Shown here: positions 25,442 through 38,492 of the stretch, one piece after another
Position numbering within the stretch: position 1 is the stretch's first letter
Layout: each line of letters starts with the position of its first letter
NCBI GenBank assembly: GCA_951406725.2
Contig: OX597834.1
Coordinates: forward strand, 32,550,001-32,614,000
Direction: 5' to 3'
Length of the DNA: 64,000 nt
Origin: Octopus vulgaris
Taxonomy: Eukaryota
Position numbers and translations under genes: made by a program
Notes under the pieces: generated by a model
What the model was told of the DNA's origin: nothing
Seen by the model: the letters and a program-made list of their open reading frames with translations, nothing else
The model's database searches: none

Positions 25442-27511
25442 GAGCAATTAGATTGAATCAATATGTAGGTTATATTAACATACTGCATCTTTTCCCCCTC
25501 CCCCTCCCTCTCTTCTCTTTCTCTCTCTCAAGTTTTTTTTTGGGGGGTTTTTGTTTTTAAAATAAATCCCCACCAGTTTTTTTTTTTTGTTTTAAAAGAT
25601 TTATTTGAAATGATATAATTTCTTAGCTCACATGTGTGTGTGTGAGTGTGAGTGTGAGTGTGTGTGTGTGTTGTGTGTACACGCATGTGCATGTGTGAGT
25701 GCATGCCTGTGTGTGTTTATCACAAATTCGCTCTATGAGTCGGCAAGTAAGATGCTGTCTACACAGGCTAATTCTAAAAATATAAATATTAATTAGTTCA
25801 TCATCATCATCATCATTATCGTTTAACGTCCGTTTTTCCATGCTGGCATGGGTCGGACGGTTTGACTGAGGTCTGACAAGCCAGGAGGATGCACCAGGCT
25901 CTAATTGAGAAGTCACAGCTTTGGATCTCCAGTCATGCAATCAGGAAACCATGAGAAACAATCACAAGACATGATTCTTCAAACTGAAATCAACCAGCAC
26001 AGTGGGGTGGGGGGGGGGGAGTATGAGGAGATCCAGAATTTTTTTCGTGTGTGGGGGATGTTGCCCAAACATCTTTGTAATCCTAGTACTTATTCTATTG
26101 GTCTCTTTTTGCTGGAACCACTAAGTTATGGGGATGTAAACACACCAACATCGGTTGTCAAGTGATGGTTGGGGGACAAACATACACACACACATACAAA
26201 CACACACACATGACAGGCTTTTTTCAGTTTCTGTCTACCAAATCCACTCACAAGGCTTTGGTCAGCTCAAGGCTACAGTAGAATACACGTGCCTGAGGTG
26301 CCATGCAGTGGGACTGAACCAGGAACCATGTGTGTCTGTGTGTGTGTGTGTATATATATATTTCGTTTTTCTTGTTTCAGCTCAGAGCTGCGGCCATGCT
26401 GATGCATATATAAATATATATACATATATATATATAAATACATATATATATATATACACACACACTTCTTTACCATGTCAAACCTCAGCCATGCAGCTTA
26501 TCTGTTGATTGTGAAGGAGGTTAGTGGTGGTTGAAGTCATAGTGGTAGTGTTGGTGGTGGTGGTGGTGGTTATTGAGGAGGAGAGGTTCGGGGAGGAAGT
26601 GGTGGAGTGTGTCATGATGCTGTCATATATTATGTAAACCTTGTCAGAGACCTACTACCGTATGAGGTGCCATTTCCTGCCATATTTTCAGCTCTCATTC
26701 AGGGCACCACCACCACTACCACCACAATAACAACAACCATCACTATTTTCACCACCACCACCACCACTACTACCACCATTACTCATCACCATCATCATCA
26801 TCATCATAACACCCCTACCCCCTACTACTGTAAGCAAGGTTACTACTGACTCACTGAGGGAGTGATTCTGTGATTGCCTGATCCTGCTAGAAAAAACAAC
26901 CAATTCTGTCTGAAACCACAAGGTTACATTGGACTACAAAACAACGTAGTCCTAGATACACAATGTCTGAATAAGAGATAGGATTGTCAAGGCTGGGATG
27001 CCACTGCTACTACAACTCAGTTCAAGGATCTTCTACATTTTGCGTTTCATAATTTGCTTGTGTGTGTTTCAGATGAGAGTGCCACACAATATAATATAAG
27101 GCGGCGAGCTGGCAGAACCGTTAGCACGCCGGGCGAAATGCTTAGCGGTATTTCGTCTGTCATTACGTTCTCAGTTCAAATTCCGCCGAGGTCGACTTTG
27201 CCTTTCATCCTCTCGGGGTCGATAAATAAAGTACCAGTTACACACTGGGGTCGATGTAATCGACTTAATCCCTTTGTCTGTCCTTGTTTGTCCCCTCTAT
27301 GCTTAGCCCCTTATGGGTAGTAAAGAAATATACATAATATAATGATGGACTTAAGGCAATCCATAATTAACCAACAACACCTTTACATTGAGCCACACCG
27401 TCACCTAGCTCCTCATCCGCCTCAGTTGTTAAGGGGATGAAGACCTAAATGAGAGGAACTTGATGTGGAATAAGAGGGAGCACTGCTGAGAAAGAGATAC
27501 ACATTGATTAA

Positions 27512-27809
27512 GTGGAGGCACATGGCCTAGTGGTTAGAGCAGCGGGCTCGCGGTCAAGGGATCGTGGGTTTGAATCTCAGACTGGGTGATGTGTGTGTTT
27601 ATGAGCGAAACACCTAAGCTCCACGCAGCTCCGGCAGAAGGTAATGGCAAACTTCTGCTGATTCTTTCGCCACAACTTTCTCTCACTCTTTCCTCCTGCA
27701 TCTTGCAGCTCACCTGTGATGGACTGGCGTCCCGTCCAGGTGGGGAACCTATATACCAAGGAAACCGGGAAACTGGCCCTTATGAGCCCGGCATGGCTAA
27801 GAAGGAACA
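27512..27809 (+). mobile_element. tRNA-derived SINE family D, tail type 1
   Basis: tRNA-like head (tggcctagtggttagagc; gggtttgaatct). 13-bp TSD acacat(t/c)gattaa at 27499-27511 and 27810-27822. Confidence 0.85.
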
Positions 27810-28376
27810 ACACATCGATTAACAAACACCAGGTGAAATGCTGAGCCATTCTCAACAGCAAGTATTGAGTACTGGGAGATGTTTCTAAGAGTATAATCCC
27901 AACAGCAGAGTAGAAACTTAGAAAGGAGAGAGGCTGCAAGGAGACAAGGAAGACTTGGGTCAGTTTGAAATAAGTGTTGAGAAGAATATTGTTTTGTGGC
28001 AGCAGAGCGACATAATCTCACATCTTATTTATTTTCACAGACTATATAACCTAATGAAATTTTTGTCTTAAGATGGCAAAGTGTGATTTGAGGGAAATTT
28101 AGCTGCTATTTCTAAACAGAATGTCAAATGAACATGTAGAAATTCTCTTTCATTGGATTAAGATTTAAATGTCCGATCTGTGGCCATACTGTGATGATAT
28201 TGTGTGTGTGTATGTTCACATGTATGTGCAGACACATTTAATAGTCAGAAGACGAATGTCTCGAGAACTGCAGAGTTCAGATTGTAAACACACATAAATA
28301 CATACTAGCACAAATTGATTATAACAATGATGGTGGTGGTGGTACTGCTACATACATCCCATGTTTCTACACTCAC

Positions 28377-28432
28377 GTATATCCATGAGCAGAGGCCGAT
28401 GGTGGTAACAAAGATAACCTAAATCGGGATCA
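28377..28432 (-). other. Candidate small exon (56 nt, or 42 nt from an internal AG)
   Basis: ctttcag|TGATCCCG...GGATATAC|gtgagt in a unique island. No recognisable protein. Confidence 0.25.
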
Positions 28433-28726
28433 CTGAAAGTGATGATGATGGGGGTGGTGGTGCTGTTGCTGTTAATGATGATGATGATGATGATGGGATT
28501 GATGGTGATGGTGGTGGTGGTGCTGTTGCTGTTAATGATGATGATAATGGGATTGATGATGATGGTGGTGGCACAGTTATGGGGAAAGAAGCAAACAACC
28601 TGTAATCTATCAGAGTGTGAAGTGGTTTCTTCATCCTTCATCCCACTGTCTCAGATGTCCAAAATAACATGAGTTGACAACAGAAGACAAAGATACAGCT
28701 ATATATGTATATATGTGGATAGATAG

Positions 28727-28771
<45 letters not shown>

Positions 28772-31700
28772 GAGAGAGAGAGAGAGAGAAAGGGAGGGAG
28801 AGAAAGATATATCAACACTCACACACACATGAGGAGAAAGAAAGAGAAAAGAGTGACACGCCCACCCATAGAGAAAAGACAGAGACTGGGTTGTATTTAA
28901 AAAAAAAAATGCTTTTAAGTTATTTTATGTATCTTTCCCTTAGAGAGAGAGATAGATAGATAGACAGAGATAGAGAGAGATAGATAGATAGATAGAGAGA
29001 GAGAGTCAAAATAAAAAGAAGAGAAAAAGTTGAAAGTAACAAAGTAGTGTGAACAATAAACAACAGTGATTAGTGGTGGTGGTGGTGGTGGTATAGAGTG
29101 GTGATGTGTAGTGGTGGCGGTGGATGTGTTGCAACCTGTGAAGGTGTATAGTACATCCTACCTATTATAGTCAGTGATGGTCACGTTTGGAGAGGGGTGA
29201 TGGTATTGTGAAGGCATGTTGGTCTTGTGGTTGGGGTATTCTTTTCTACTGTAGGCACAAGGCCTGAAATTTTGGGGGAAGGGGGGATCTAATCGATTTG
29301 ATCGTCCCCAGTATGTAACTGGTACTTAATTCATTGACCCCAAAAGGATGAAAGGCAAAGTCGACTTCAGCAGAATTTGAACTCAGAACATAAGGACAAA
29401 CAAAATACGGCTAAGCATTTCGCCTGGCATGCTAACGTTTCTGCCAGCTCGCTGCCTTGTGGTTGGGGTATTGTACTCACAATTGCAAGTTCATGGGTTC
29501 CATTCCTGGATAGGGGTTGAGTTCTTCACCAAAGACCTACTTCGTTTCATGTCGCTCCAGCCCCACTCAGCCGTAAATCAGTCCCGGCAACAGCTGGGGA
29601 AGTTAACCTTGTAAAAGGCCGGTGCCCCATCCAGGGGAATGTTGTCATCTGTTACCATGGGAACCGGATTAGTTAAGCTCTGGCCCTATAAGTCCTACAG
29701 TTCATGATGAATAAGGCAGGTAGACAGATAGCAGCTTAATTTCCCTCAAATTACTTACCATGACCACCACCACAGAAAAAAAGGCAGTGGAGGATAATGT
29801 AAGCCTAGATATATACTCATACACACAGATACACACACACATATACACATACATACACACACATATATATAAAATATATAGCAAGAGAGAAAGAGATAAA
29901 GAGAAAGGGAGAGAGAAAGAGAGAGAAGTTAAGCCTGCGATGGACTGGCATCCCATCCAGGTGAGTGTCTTAATCTCAGTCAGTATGGGAAGTGGATTGG
30001 TTAAGTTCCAGTCCTATGAGACCAATGGCAGTGATACTAGTTTTTGTTGTTTAACTACAAGTCAATAAACCCCATCCCTCATAGAGAATTATGATCTAAG
30101 GCCTTCCAACCATGACCATCCTGGCATTTTACAGCTCTTGTAGGACCACAATATCCAATGTGTTGTTTCCTCTCTTTAGATCATAGTACAACATCTATGT
30201 GACATGAAGAAGATTTGGCTACTATTTCTAGCAAGAGGCTTACTCATTGAGCTGTTCTTAGTAGTGGTGGCAATGGTGGTGGTAGCGGTGACAGTGGTCA
30301 TGTGGCGATGGTGGTATATATACTTAGCCCTAGGTCGACTGAACAGGCAGACCCATGATCAAACACATTCCAGTTTGTGACCCTCTTGTTGTTTATTCAG
30401 ACAGTGCATCTAGCCTTACCATCATCCTCCTCCACTGCCTCTCTCCTCTGTGGTGGTGGTCGTGGTGGGTAATTCGAGGGGGCTTTAGCTGCTGGCCAGC
30501 ATACATAGAGGCTCTCTTGTTTGTGGTAGTAGTGGCGGGGAGGGGGGTGCAGCATTGGGTGATGTTGGTGAAGATGATGAAGAGGGGGGGAGGAGAAGAA
30601 GAGGAACAGGATTGTGGTGGTGGCAGTGAGAGAGCGAATATAATGATGCTATTATTACTGCAGTTATGGTTGTTGTTTGTTGTTGTTGTTTGGTGGTGAT
30701 GATGATGATGGTGATGATGGTGTTGATGTAAAGATGTCGAAAATGAGGATGGTAATGTTGAGGATGATGATGATGATGGTGGTGGCAGTGACAGAGGTGT
30801 TGATAGTGGAGGTGATGGTGATGATGATGATGATGACGATGGTGAAGTTGATTATGATAGTAGTAATGATGAGGATGGTGATGATGATGATGATGATGAA
30901 GAAGCTTTGGTGGTTGACACAGTGCCCACTGCCCTCCCCCTCCACTTAAGGGAAGGAAGTTCTCAGATTACACACCCACACACACACACAGAACAGGCTC
31001 AACAAGCTGTATGTCCCATCCTCATGGAAAAAAAAAGGGTCAGAAACCTAATAAGATGTGATAAAGGGTCAAGGAGAGGATGTTAGACAATGTCGGTCAA
31101 TACACTTGTAGTCATTATAGTAATAGCAGTGGTGGTGGTGATGGTTGTAGTAGCAGTGTTAGTAATGGTAGTAGTAGTAGTAGTGGCAGTAGTAGTAGTA
31201 GTAGAGGTGGTGGTGGTGATAGTAGTAGTGGTGGTGGTGGTGGTAGTAGTGGTGGTGGTAGAAGTAGTAGTAGTGGTGGTGGTGGTGGTAGTAGTAGTAG
31301 TAGTAGTGGTAGTGGTGGTGGTGGTGGTGGTGGTGGTAATTACTGTTGTTGTCACTGACTCATTGTCCCCTTCAGAAAGAAACAGACCACTCATACATAA
31401 TTTACAAAAAACTAAAAAAAAAATGCAGATCAAGACACGTCACTTATTAAAGTAAGTAAAAGTAAGCAATTAAACTTGCATGAAACAAAGAATACAAATA
31501 AATAAATAAATAATTAAACAAAGGATGATGATGATGATGATGATGATGTTTATGATGGTGATTATTTTTTTATTGGGTGCAAGGGTTCAAGACATTGCAG
31601 ACAAGATACAACATACAAGGGTAAAAAAGCAACATATATAAATCCATGAGTTTTTTTTTATCCTCTCTCTGTTTATTTCCTCATGTTCCTTTCGGCTGAA

Positions 31701-32474
31701 GAGCATAGGCTCAAAATGTAAAAGACTTTCTCACCTTCCCGAGCATCAAACTAATACACCTGCTTGTTGTTTATACACCTAGGATTTTACAAAAAAGTCC
31801 AAGGGTTGATTTGTTTGGCTAAAACCCTTCAAAGTGGTGCCCCAGAATGGCCACAGTCAAACGAATGAAACAAGTAAAAGATAGGCATATGTATATATCA
31901 TACATATTCCTGCGCCTTAGGAATTGTATAAAAAAAAAAATATTTTGTGTATTGTTTCTTTCGACTGTTGGGCCTCACGGAGGCAACGACCGAGATCTCT
32001 AGCATTATGTCGTGCTTGAGAAGAAGACCCATCAAACCCAAGTAAAATCATAGTTGTGACAGATACTGGTGTCTTGCAAATGGCACCCATGCCGGTGGCA
32101 CATAAAAGCACCCATTACGCTCTTGGGGGTGGGTGGCATTAAGAAGGGCATCCAGCCATAGAAACCATGCCAAATCAGACTGGAGGCTGGCGCAGCCTTC
32201 CAGCATGTCAGCACCGGTCAAACCGTCCAACCCATGCCAGCATGGACGTTGGACGTTAAATGATGATGATGATGATTATGTAGAACTATAAGCTGTTTAA
32301 TTGCAGATAAATTTTCACAACAAAATCTTGTATGGACCCCCAAGAGCCATATGGGCCCTGGTTGAGATCCATCTGCCTTATAACCAACAAATAAAAATAA
32401 AAAAGCAACCCCACCCCCAGAAAACGGGGAGGGGTGTTTAAAGAAAGGGAGGATTAAACAAAAGTGTTGCTTAC

Positions 32475-32711
32475 CTTTGGTTAGTTAATTCAAAAGGATG
32501 GGTAGTCACATGGTAAATTTAAAAAAAAACCCAAAGAGCAAACTTGGTTTGAGAGTAAATAAAATAGTCTTTTTTTTTTGCTTTGTTTTGTGTGTGTCAG
32601 TGTGTGTATCTCTGTATATACGTGGGTGTGTATTTGTGGAGGAATGGAGGATCACAAGAATTTGAGATTTTGGATGCTGTTTTCTGGGTTTTGTTTTGTT
32701 TTAAATCATAC
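32475..32711 (-). other. Candidate recursive-splice site or cryptic exon
   Basis: tcttttttcttctcattgcag|GTATGA at 32712/32711 with about 140 nt free of AG upstream. A downstream donor AAG|GTAAGC lies at 32475/32474. Confidence 0.4.
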
Positions 32712-33664
32712 CTGCAATGAGAAGAAAAAAGACATTTGTAGTGGAATTATTTCACAAAAAGACAGAAGTTTCAAGTGAATGAAAAAAAACAACAAAATAT
32801 ACAAAATAAAATAAAAAACAATATAAAAAACAGTTGATTTGAGATGGCACCATCTTGGATCAACTGCTCTAGCAAACTTATGACCAAAAGAGTTCCAATC
32901 GTGACCATCCCATCTTATTTTAAGGAATACCATTACCAGGACTCCACAATATAATGGTTCTATTGTCTAAGACAGTAGACAGGTGTCATTAGGGGGAGAA
33001 TTTGGCTGCTATTGCTAGCAGGTTGAGTCCCCCTTATGTACTGAGTACATATGAGGGGGTGCTGAAAACACACACACACACACACACACATACATATTCT
33101 CTTTCTCCTACTTGTTTCAGTCATTTGACTGAAGCCATGCTGGAGCACTGCCTTTAGTCGAACAAATCAACCCCACAATTAGGGGACATAAACACACCAA
33201 CATCAGTTGTCAAGTGATGGTCAGGGGACAAACACAGATACACACACACATATATATCTATATATATATATCTATATCTATCTATATATATATATATATG
33301 TAAAGTTAATCCAAAAATGAAAGCACAAAAAAACACAACAACGCGAGGATGTGGAATAAATATAGTATTATTGGATGCTCAGGAAAGAAGGAGGGTTTAA
33401 CATTTCGAGTGGAGCTCTTCGTCGGAAACATAGAAGAAGGAAAGATCCAGAGAAGGGAAGACTGAGGAAAATAATCGCCAACGATACACACGCGGTCACA
33501 TTTTATATATATACATACACATATGACAAGCTTCTTTCAGTTTCTGTCTACCAAATCAACTCAAGGCTTTGGTCAGCTCGAGGCTACAGTAGAAGACACT
33601 TGCCCAGAGTGCCATGCAGTGGGACTGAACCCTGGACCATGTGGTTGGGAAGCAACCACATAAG

Positions 33665-33695
<31 letters not shown>

Positions 33696-34614
33696 AGAGC
33701 CATCACTACCTGCCAGGAAATATGGGTGTAGGGTTTCTGGTAGTGATAGCAGCAGGTGGGAAGCACAGGTAGGAGTTGTATGGGCAGGTGTTGATTATGG
33801 GAAAGAAAAATATAAAGGGAAGAGGGTTGAATGTGTAGGAATGAATGTGAACAGCGCCCCATTTCTCAGATGAAGGGGTCACAGAGGGGAGAGAGGTAAG
33901 TTACAGGTGGCAAGGGGGTAGGTGGGTTCCAGTGTAAGAATGAGTTGCTGAAATTGGATTCCCTGGGGGGGGGTAGCAGCAGTGCAGGTAGGGTTTGTTG
34001 TTGTTATTATCGTGTTGGTGGAGGTAGTGGTAGTGGCAGTCATTAGTGGTTACATACAGTATGGGTACTGGTGTGGGTGTTGGTAGCGGTGGTGCAGGTA
34101 GTGGGGTGGAGTAGTGATGAAGGTAGTGGTAGTGGCTTTGGTGCTGTTGCTGGTGTAGATAGTGGTGATATTGGTGGTGGTGGTAGTAGTACAGCTGTTG
34201 GTAGTGGTGGTGGTGGTGGAGGCGATGAAGGTGGTGGTGACTCCCAACTATGACTCTCCCAATAAGTTGTGGCCACTGATGACCAGGTGTAGTGCAGTGA
34301 TTGCTGGTATTGGTTACCATGACAACAGTCTCCTCTCCTCCCTCTCTCTGGCTAATATCTACCCCTGCACCTGCCAAAAACCTGTATTCAATGAACCGAC
34401 CCAAACCTCCCCCAAATCATCAAATCATATGGTTAAAAAAAAAAAAACAGAAAAGGAGGGGCATATTGACAGATAATGTAGATCCCTAAAAAGAGAGGGT
34501 AGTCATGGCTGGAATGCCTTTCATTGAATGTCAGCTTGATCATGGCTGACGTGGAGCTTGGAACATGAATTAACATGGAATTTTACTGGAAAGTTTTCAC
34601 AGAGAACACTTTAA

Positions 34615-34840
34615 CTCTTTAGCATTTAAACTGGCCACATCTGGCCTAAATATTCTACCAATCTTATGGTCAAACTGGCCAGATCTGTTACAGATCTGTT
34701 ACTCTTCTGTTACAATGTCATTCTAAAAATAAACAACCATATCGCTGAAATCTTGAAACTACAAGATAATCCATGATTAATTCTAAATAATGTGAATAAA
34801 TAAGCATTACATTCGACAGAGTGATCTGAATGCCAAAGGA
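34615..34840. mobile_element. ~230-bp piggyBac-type MITE family
   Basis: TTAA flanks and c(c/t)ctttagcatt / aatgc(c/t)aaagg termini. Relatives are at about 14282-14470, 40137-40300 and 54639-54859. Confidence 0.7.
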
Positions 34841-36002
34841 TTAAGAAAATAAGTTTGTTACCAAAAATAAACCAAGGATGGTCTCATCCAGGTGGGTAGC
34901 ATAAGGGTTAAATGAGGTGAGAGATAAAGTCCATCATCTCCCAGCACCACACACACACAAAGCACTTATCCTTCCACATGGCTCTTGTTAATTCTTTATT
35001 AGCACTATAGCCGACCCCATGCTGAAAATGACAGCTAATTGTAGTATTTGATATATAAATATGGATGGTAAATCAAATTAATACACTTTATGATATTCAC
35101 ATATATACACTTACTTCCTTTGTACATGCACACATACACAGAGTTGAAACGCTGTTTGATTTTTTTTCCCTCATAGAATTTCCATCATCCCACTACCAGT
35201 TTGCCATCACCCCTTCCTTTCTCATTAATATGTTGTGACGGGGAAAAACACAAGAGCATAATATAAAAGATATTTCTGCTGAAAGACATTGCCATTGTTT
35301 TAATTTTAATCAATTTTGAAAATAATGAAGTAATTAGTAAAATAATTTCATCGTTATTAAGTTTGTGCTTAAAACATAAATCAACATTATCATAATTAAG
35401 TTGGTGCTTCAGGTGGTGAGCTGGCACCAGACAAAATGCTTAGTAGCATTTCGTCTGACTTTATTTCCTGAGTTTAAATGCTGGTGGAGTTGCCTTTGCC
35501 TTTCATCCTTTCGGGGTCGATAAAATAAGGTCCAGTTGATCATTGGGGTCGACGTCATCGACTAACCCACTCTCCCATGCCAAAATCGTTAACTTGGTGT
35601 CTAGCACATAAATCAAAATGTAATTTGGATGAAAAATCTTAATTCAGATCACTCTAAACGAGGAACCTTGTTATCAGAAAACCAGGGCTGTTCTTGGGCA
35701 GTTTGGTGCCAAAAGGGTTAATAGTTGATGTACTAATCCTAATTTTCTTATATAGGAGAGTTCTAACAAAGTTGTTGACTTCAACTGCCGTGAAGAAGGA
35801 AGAATCTAACAGCGAGGTTGGAAAGGTCTTGGGAAATGGAAGCAGATTAGAGGAATGTTGTTGTACTAAGTAAACTTAAAAGGACTAATGGGAAATTTGG
35901 GAGTAGGGGTGGGCGGAATGGTTAATAAGAAAGATTGAAATTAAATATAGATGTGTCTTGAATATGACATTTGGAGGGAAAGGTATTCAGCAACACAATC
36001 AT

Positions 36003-36067
<65 letters not shown>

Positions 36068-36070
<3 letters not shown>

Positions 36071-36450
36071 TCTTTTACTTCCTTCAGTCGTTGACTGCGG
36101 GCATGCTGGAGCACTGCCTTTAGTCGAGCAATTCGACTCCAGGACTTATTCTTTGTAAGCCTAGTACTTATTCTATCAGTCTCTTTTGCAGAACCGCTAA
36201 GTTATGGAGACCAGCATCGGTTGTCAAGACATGGGGGGGGGGGAGACAAACACAGACACACACATACATATATATATACATATATACGACGGGCTTCTTT
36301 CAGTTTCCATCTACCAAATCCACTCACAAGGCTTTGGTTGGCCCGAGGCCATAGTAGAAGACACTTGCCCAAGGTGCCACGCAGTGGAAATGAACCTGGA
36401 ACCATGTGGTTGGTAAGCAAGCTACTTACCACACAGCTACTCCTACGCCT
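36068..36450 (-). mobile_element. SINE family B, full length
   Basis: Reverse complement of 44391-44797. Another full copy is at 38755-39176. Confidence 0.9.
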
Positions 36451-36472
36451 ATATATATATATATACAGACAC

Positions 36473-36508
<36 letters not shown>

Positions 36509-36688
36509 ATACCTTATACATGTTGTATACTATACATATACATACCATAACGTACATTACATACATACACGGTTATACATCAATCTAGGTATTACACATA
36601 TTCATGCTTCTATTCAATATACATGTGTTTGTGTGTATGTTTATACATCAATATATAAGCAAATTATACATACATACACACACACATT

Positions 36689-36730
<42 letters not shown>

Positions 36731-37750
36731 TTTCGCTTGTTTTTTTCTTCTTACTTCCCCCTTACATTTCCACGTGTAGTTTCTATTTTATTTTTGTAAT
36801 ATATTTCTATTATATATATATGTATGTATATATGGATGTATGTATACACACAGATGTGCCTGCATACATATGTATGTTCATACAGGTATACACAGTGTGT
36901 ATGTGTGCGTCTCGCTATGAGTCTTTTTTTTATGAATACTTGAAATATTCCTCAGGCCTTATTAACATTTTAAGACATAATATAATATAATATAATATAA
37001 TATAATACATATATATATATGTATATATAGAAAAAATGTAAAAGCCAAAAAGAGAACTAATAATAATGATGATAAAATAATAAGAATTAAATAAAAGAAT
37101 TAGAGAAAGATAAATCTATCAAACTGTGCAAGAAATTAAATTTGAATTCTTGAAATAAATCTAATAATAGAGATAGAATTGATTGAAAAGATGAAATAAT
37201 TGACTGGAAAGAGAAGGAAAAAGGAAAAAAAATTTAAGCAAAAAGGAAAAAGAAAAAAGAAAAGAAAAAGTTTGTCATTGTAAGAAAGGAGAGCAAGGTG
37301 GGGGAGGAGGCAAGGATGAAGGTGGAGGAGGAGGAGGCTGCTGTGTGGTTGAGGTGCAAGATTAACAGAGATGAAGTTTGATTCTGTTCACCACTGTCTG
37401 TCTGTAAGACGGCTGGAAGTGGCGGGTGGGGTGGGGGTGGAGAGAGGGAGAGCAAGAAAAGGAGAGCGCAAGGGGGAGAGAGAGTCAGGAGAGGAGGGGA
37501 AGAGAGAAAGAGATATAGAGGGATAAAAAGGAAGAGAGAGAGAGAGAGAGGGGGAAGGTAAGAGAAAGAGATGAGTAGGTGGTGGTGGTGGTGGTCGTGG
37601 TGGGAGTTGGTAGAAGCAAAAACTCTGCAAACTTGATTGTCAGCCTGGTAGACAGAGGTAAACACTAGAACGAAGCTCAAACAAACAAACAATGTAATTT
37701 AGCCCCAGGACAGCTCTGAGCCAGTGGACCCATGATCAAAAACATTTCAG

Positions 37751-38340
37751 CTGTGACCACTCTGTCTATTTTCAGGGTTGACATGGGATCTTTTCAGTTT
37801 GAACAGCAGTTTTTTCTAGCGGTGTCGTATGAAATTGCCACCCTTAATAATGACCCTAGTATCGATCTATTGCATTTCAATCTCTTTTAGGGTTAGGGGT
37901 GAGGGGAAGGGTATCTTCTTTTCTTCACAAATGTAAATAAACCCAATCTGTTTCTTAAACGAGGGACATATTCATATGGCACAGAATGTTTTCACCTCAA
38001 TAGACGTCATTGATTCGTTGAAATTGCAGAAATTGAAGAAAAAAAACTGTGACCACTCTATCTATTTTCAGGGGTGACATGGGATCTTTTTCGGTTTGAA
38101 TGACAGTTTTTTCTAGCGGTGTCATATGAAATTGTCACCCATAATTATGACCCTAGTATAGATCTATTGCATTTCAATCTCTTTTAGGGTTAGGGGTGAG
38201 GGGAAGGGTATTTTTTTTCTTCACAAATGTAAATAAACCCAATCTGTTTCTTAAACGAGGGACATATTCATATGGCACAGAGTGTTTTCACCTCAATAGA
38301 CGTCATTGATTCGTTGAAATTGCAGAAATTGAAGAAAAGA
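37751..38340. repeat. ~296-bp tandem duplication of the left flank plus left part of the Merlin-like MITE
   Basis: ctgtgaccactct(g/a)tctattttcaggg...gaaattgaagaaaa occurs twice with scattered substitutions. Confidence 0.85.
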
Positions 38341-38492
38341 AACAACAAATATCTTACAAACTATAGAATTTTCTCAATAAAGCCAAGAGAAAAAGATGTT
38401 TTATAAACACATTCTACCAGTATACGAAGTTTAACAGTGTTTAGTTACGTGGAAATTATTTTAAAAAACTGCCGGTCAAACCGAAAAGATCC
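38082..38492. mobile_element. MITE with GG...CC termini and 8-bp TSD (Merlin-like)
   Basis: ~29-bp imperfect TIRs ggatcttttt-cggtttga...cagttttt / aaaaactgccggtcaaaccgaaaagatcc. Perfect TSD GTGACATG at 38074-38081 and 38493-38500. The superfamily is inferred only from the termini and TSD length. Confidence 0.7.

Noticed and set aside
27512-27585. tRNA gene
   Set aside because: The tRNA-like head continues into a SINE body bounded by a TSD, with no proper acceptor stem.
33873-33898. Plus-strand 26-nt segment between ttctcag and gtaagt
   Set aside because: Low-complexity purine sequence that is not frame-preserving, with no supporting neighbours.
37887-37906. Interstitial telomeric repeat (TTAGGG x2)
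   Set aside because: Only two units, and they are an internal part of the MITE, repeated in its duplicate.
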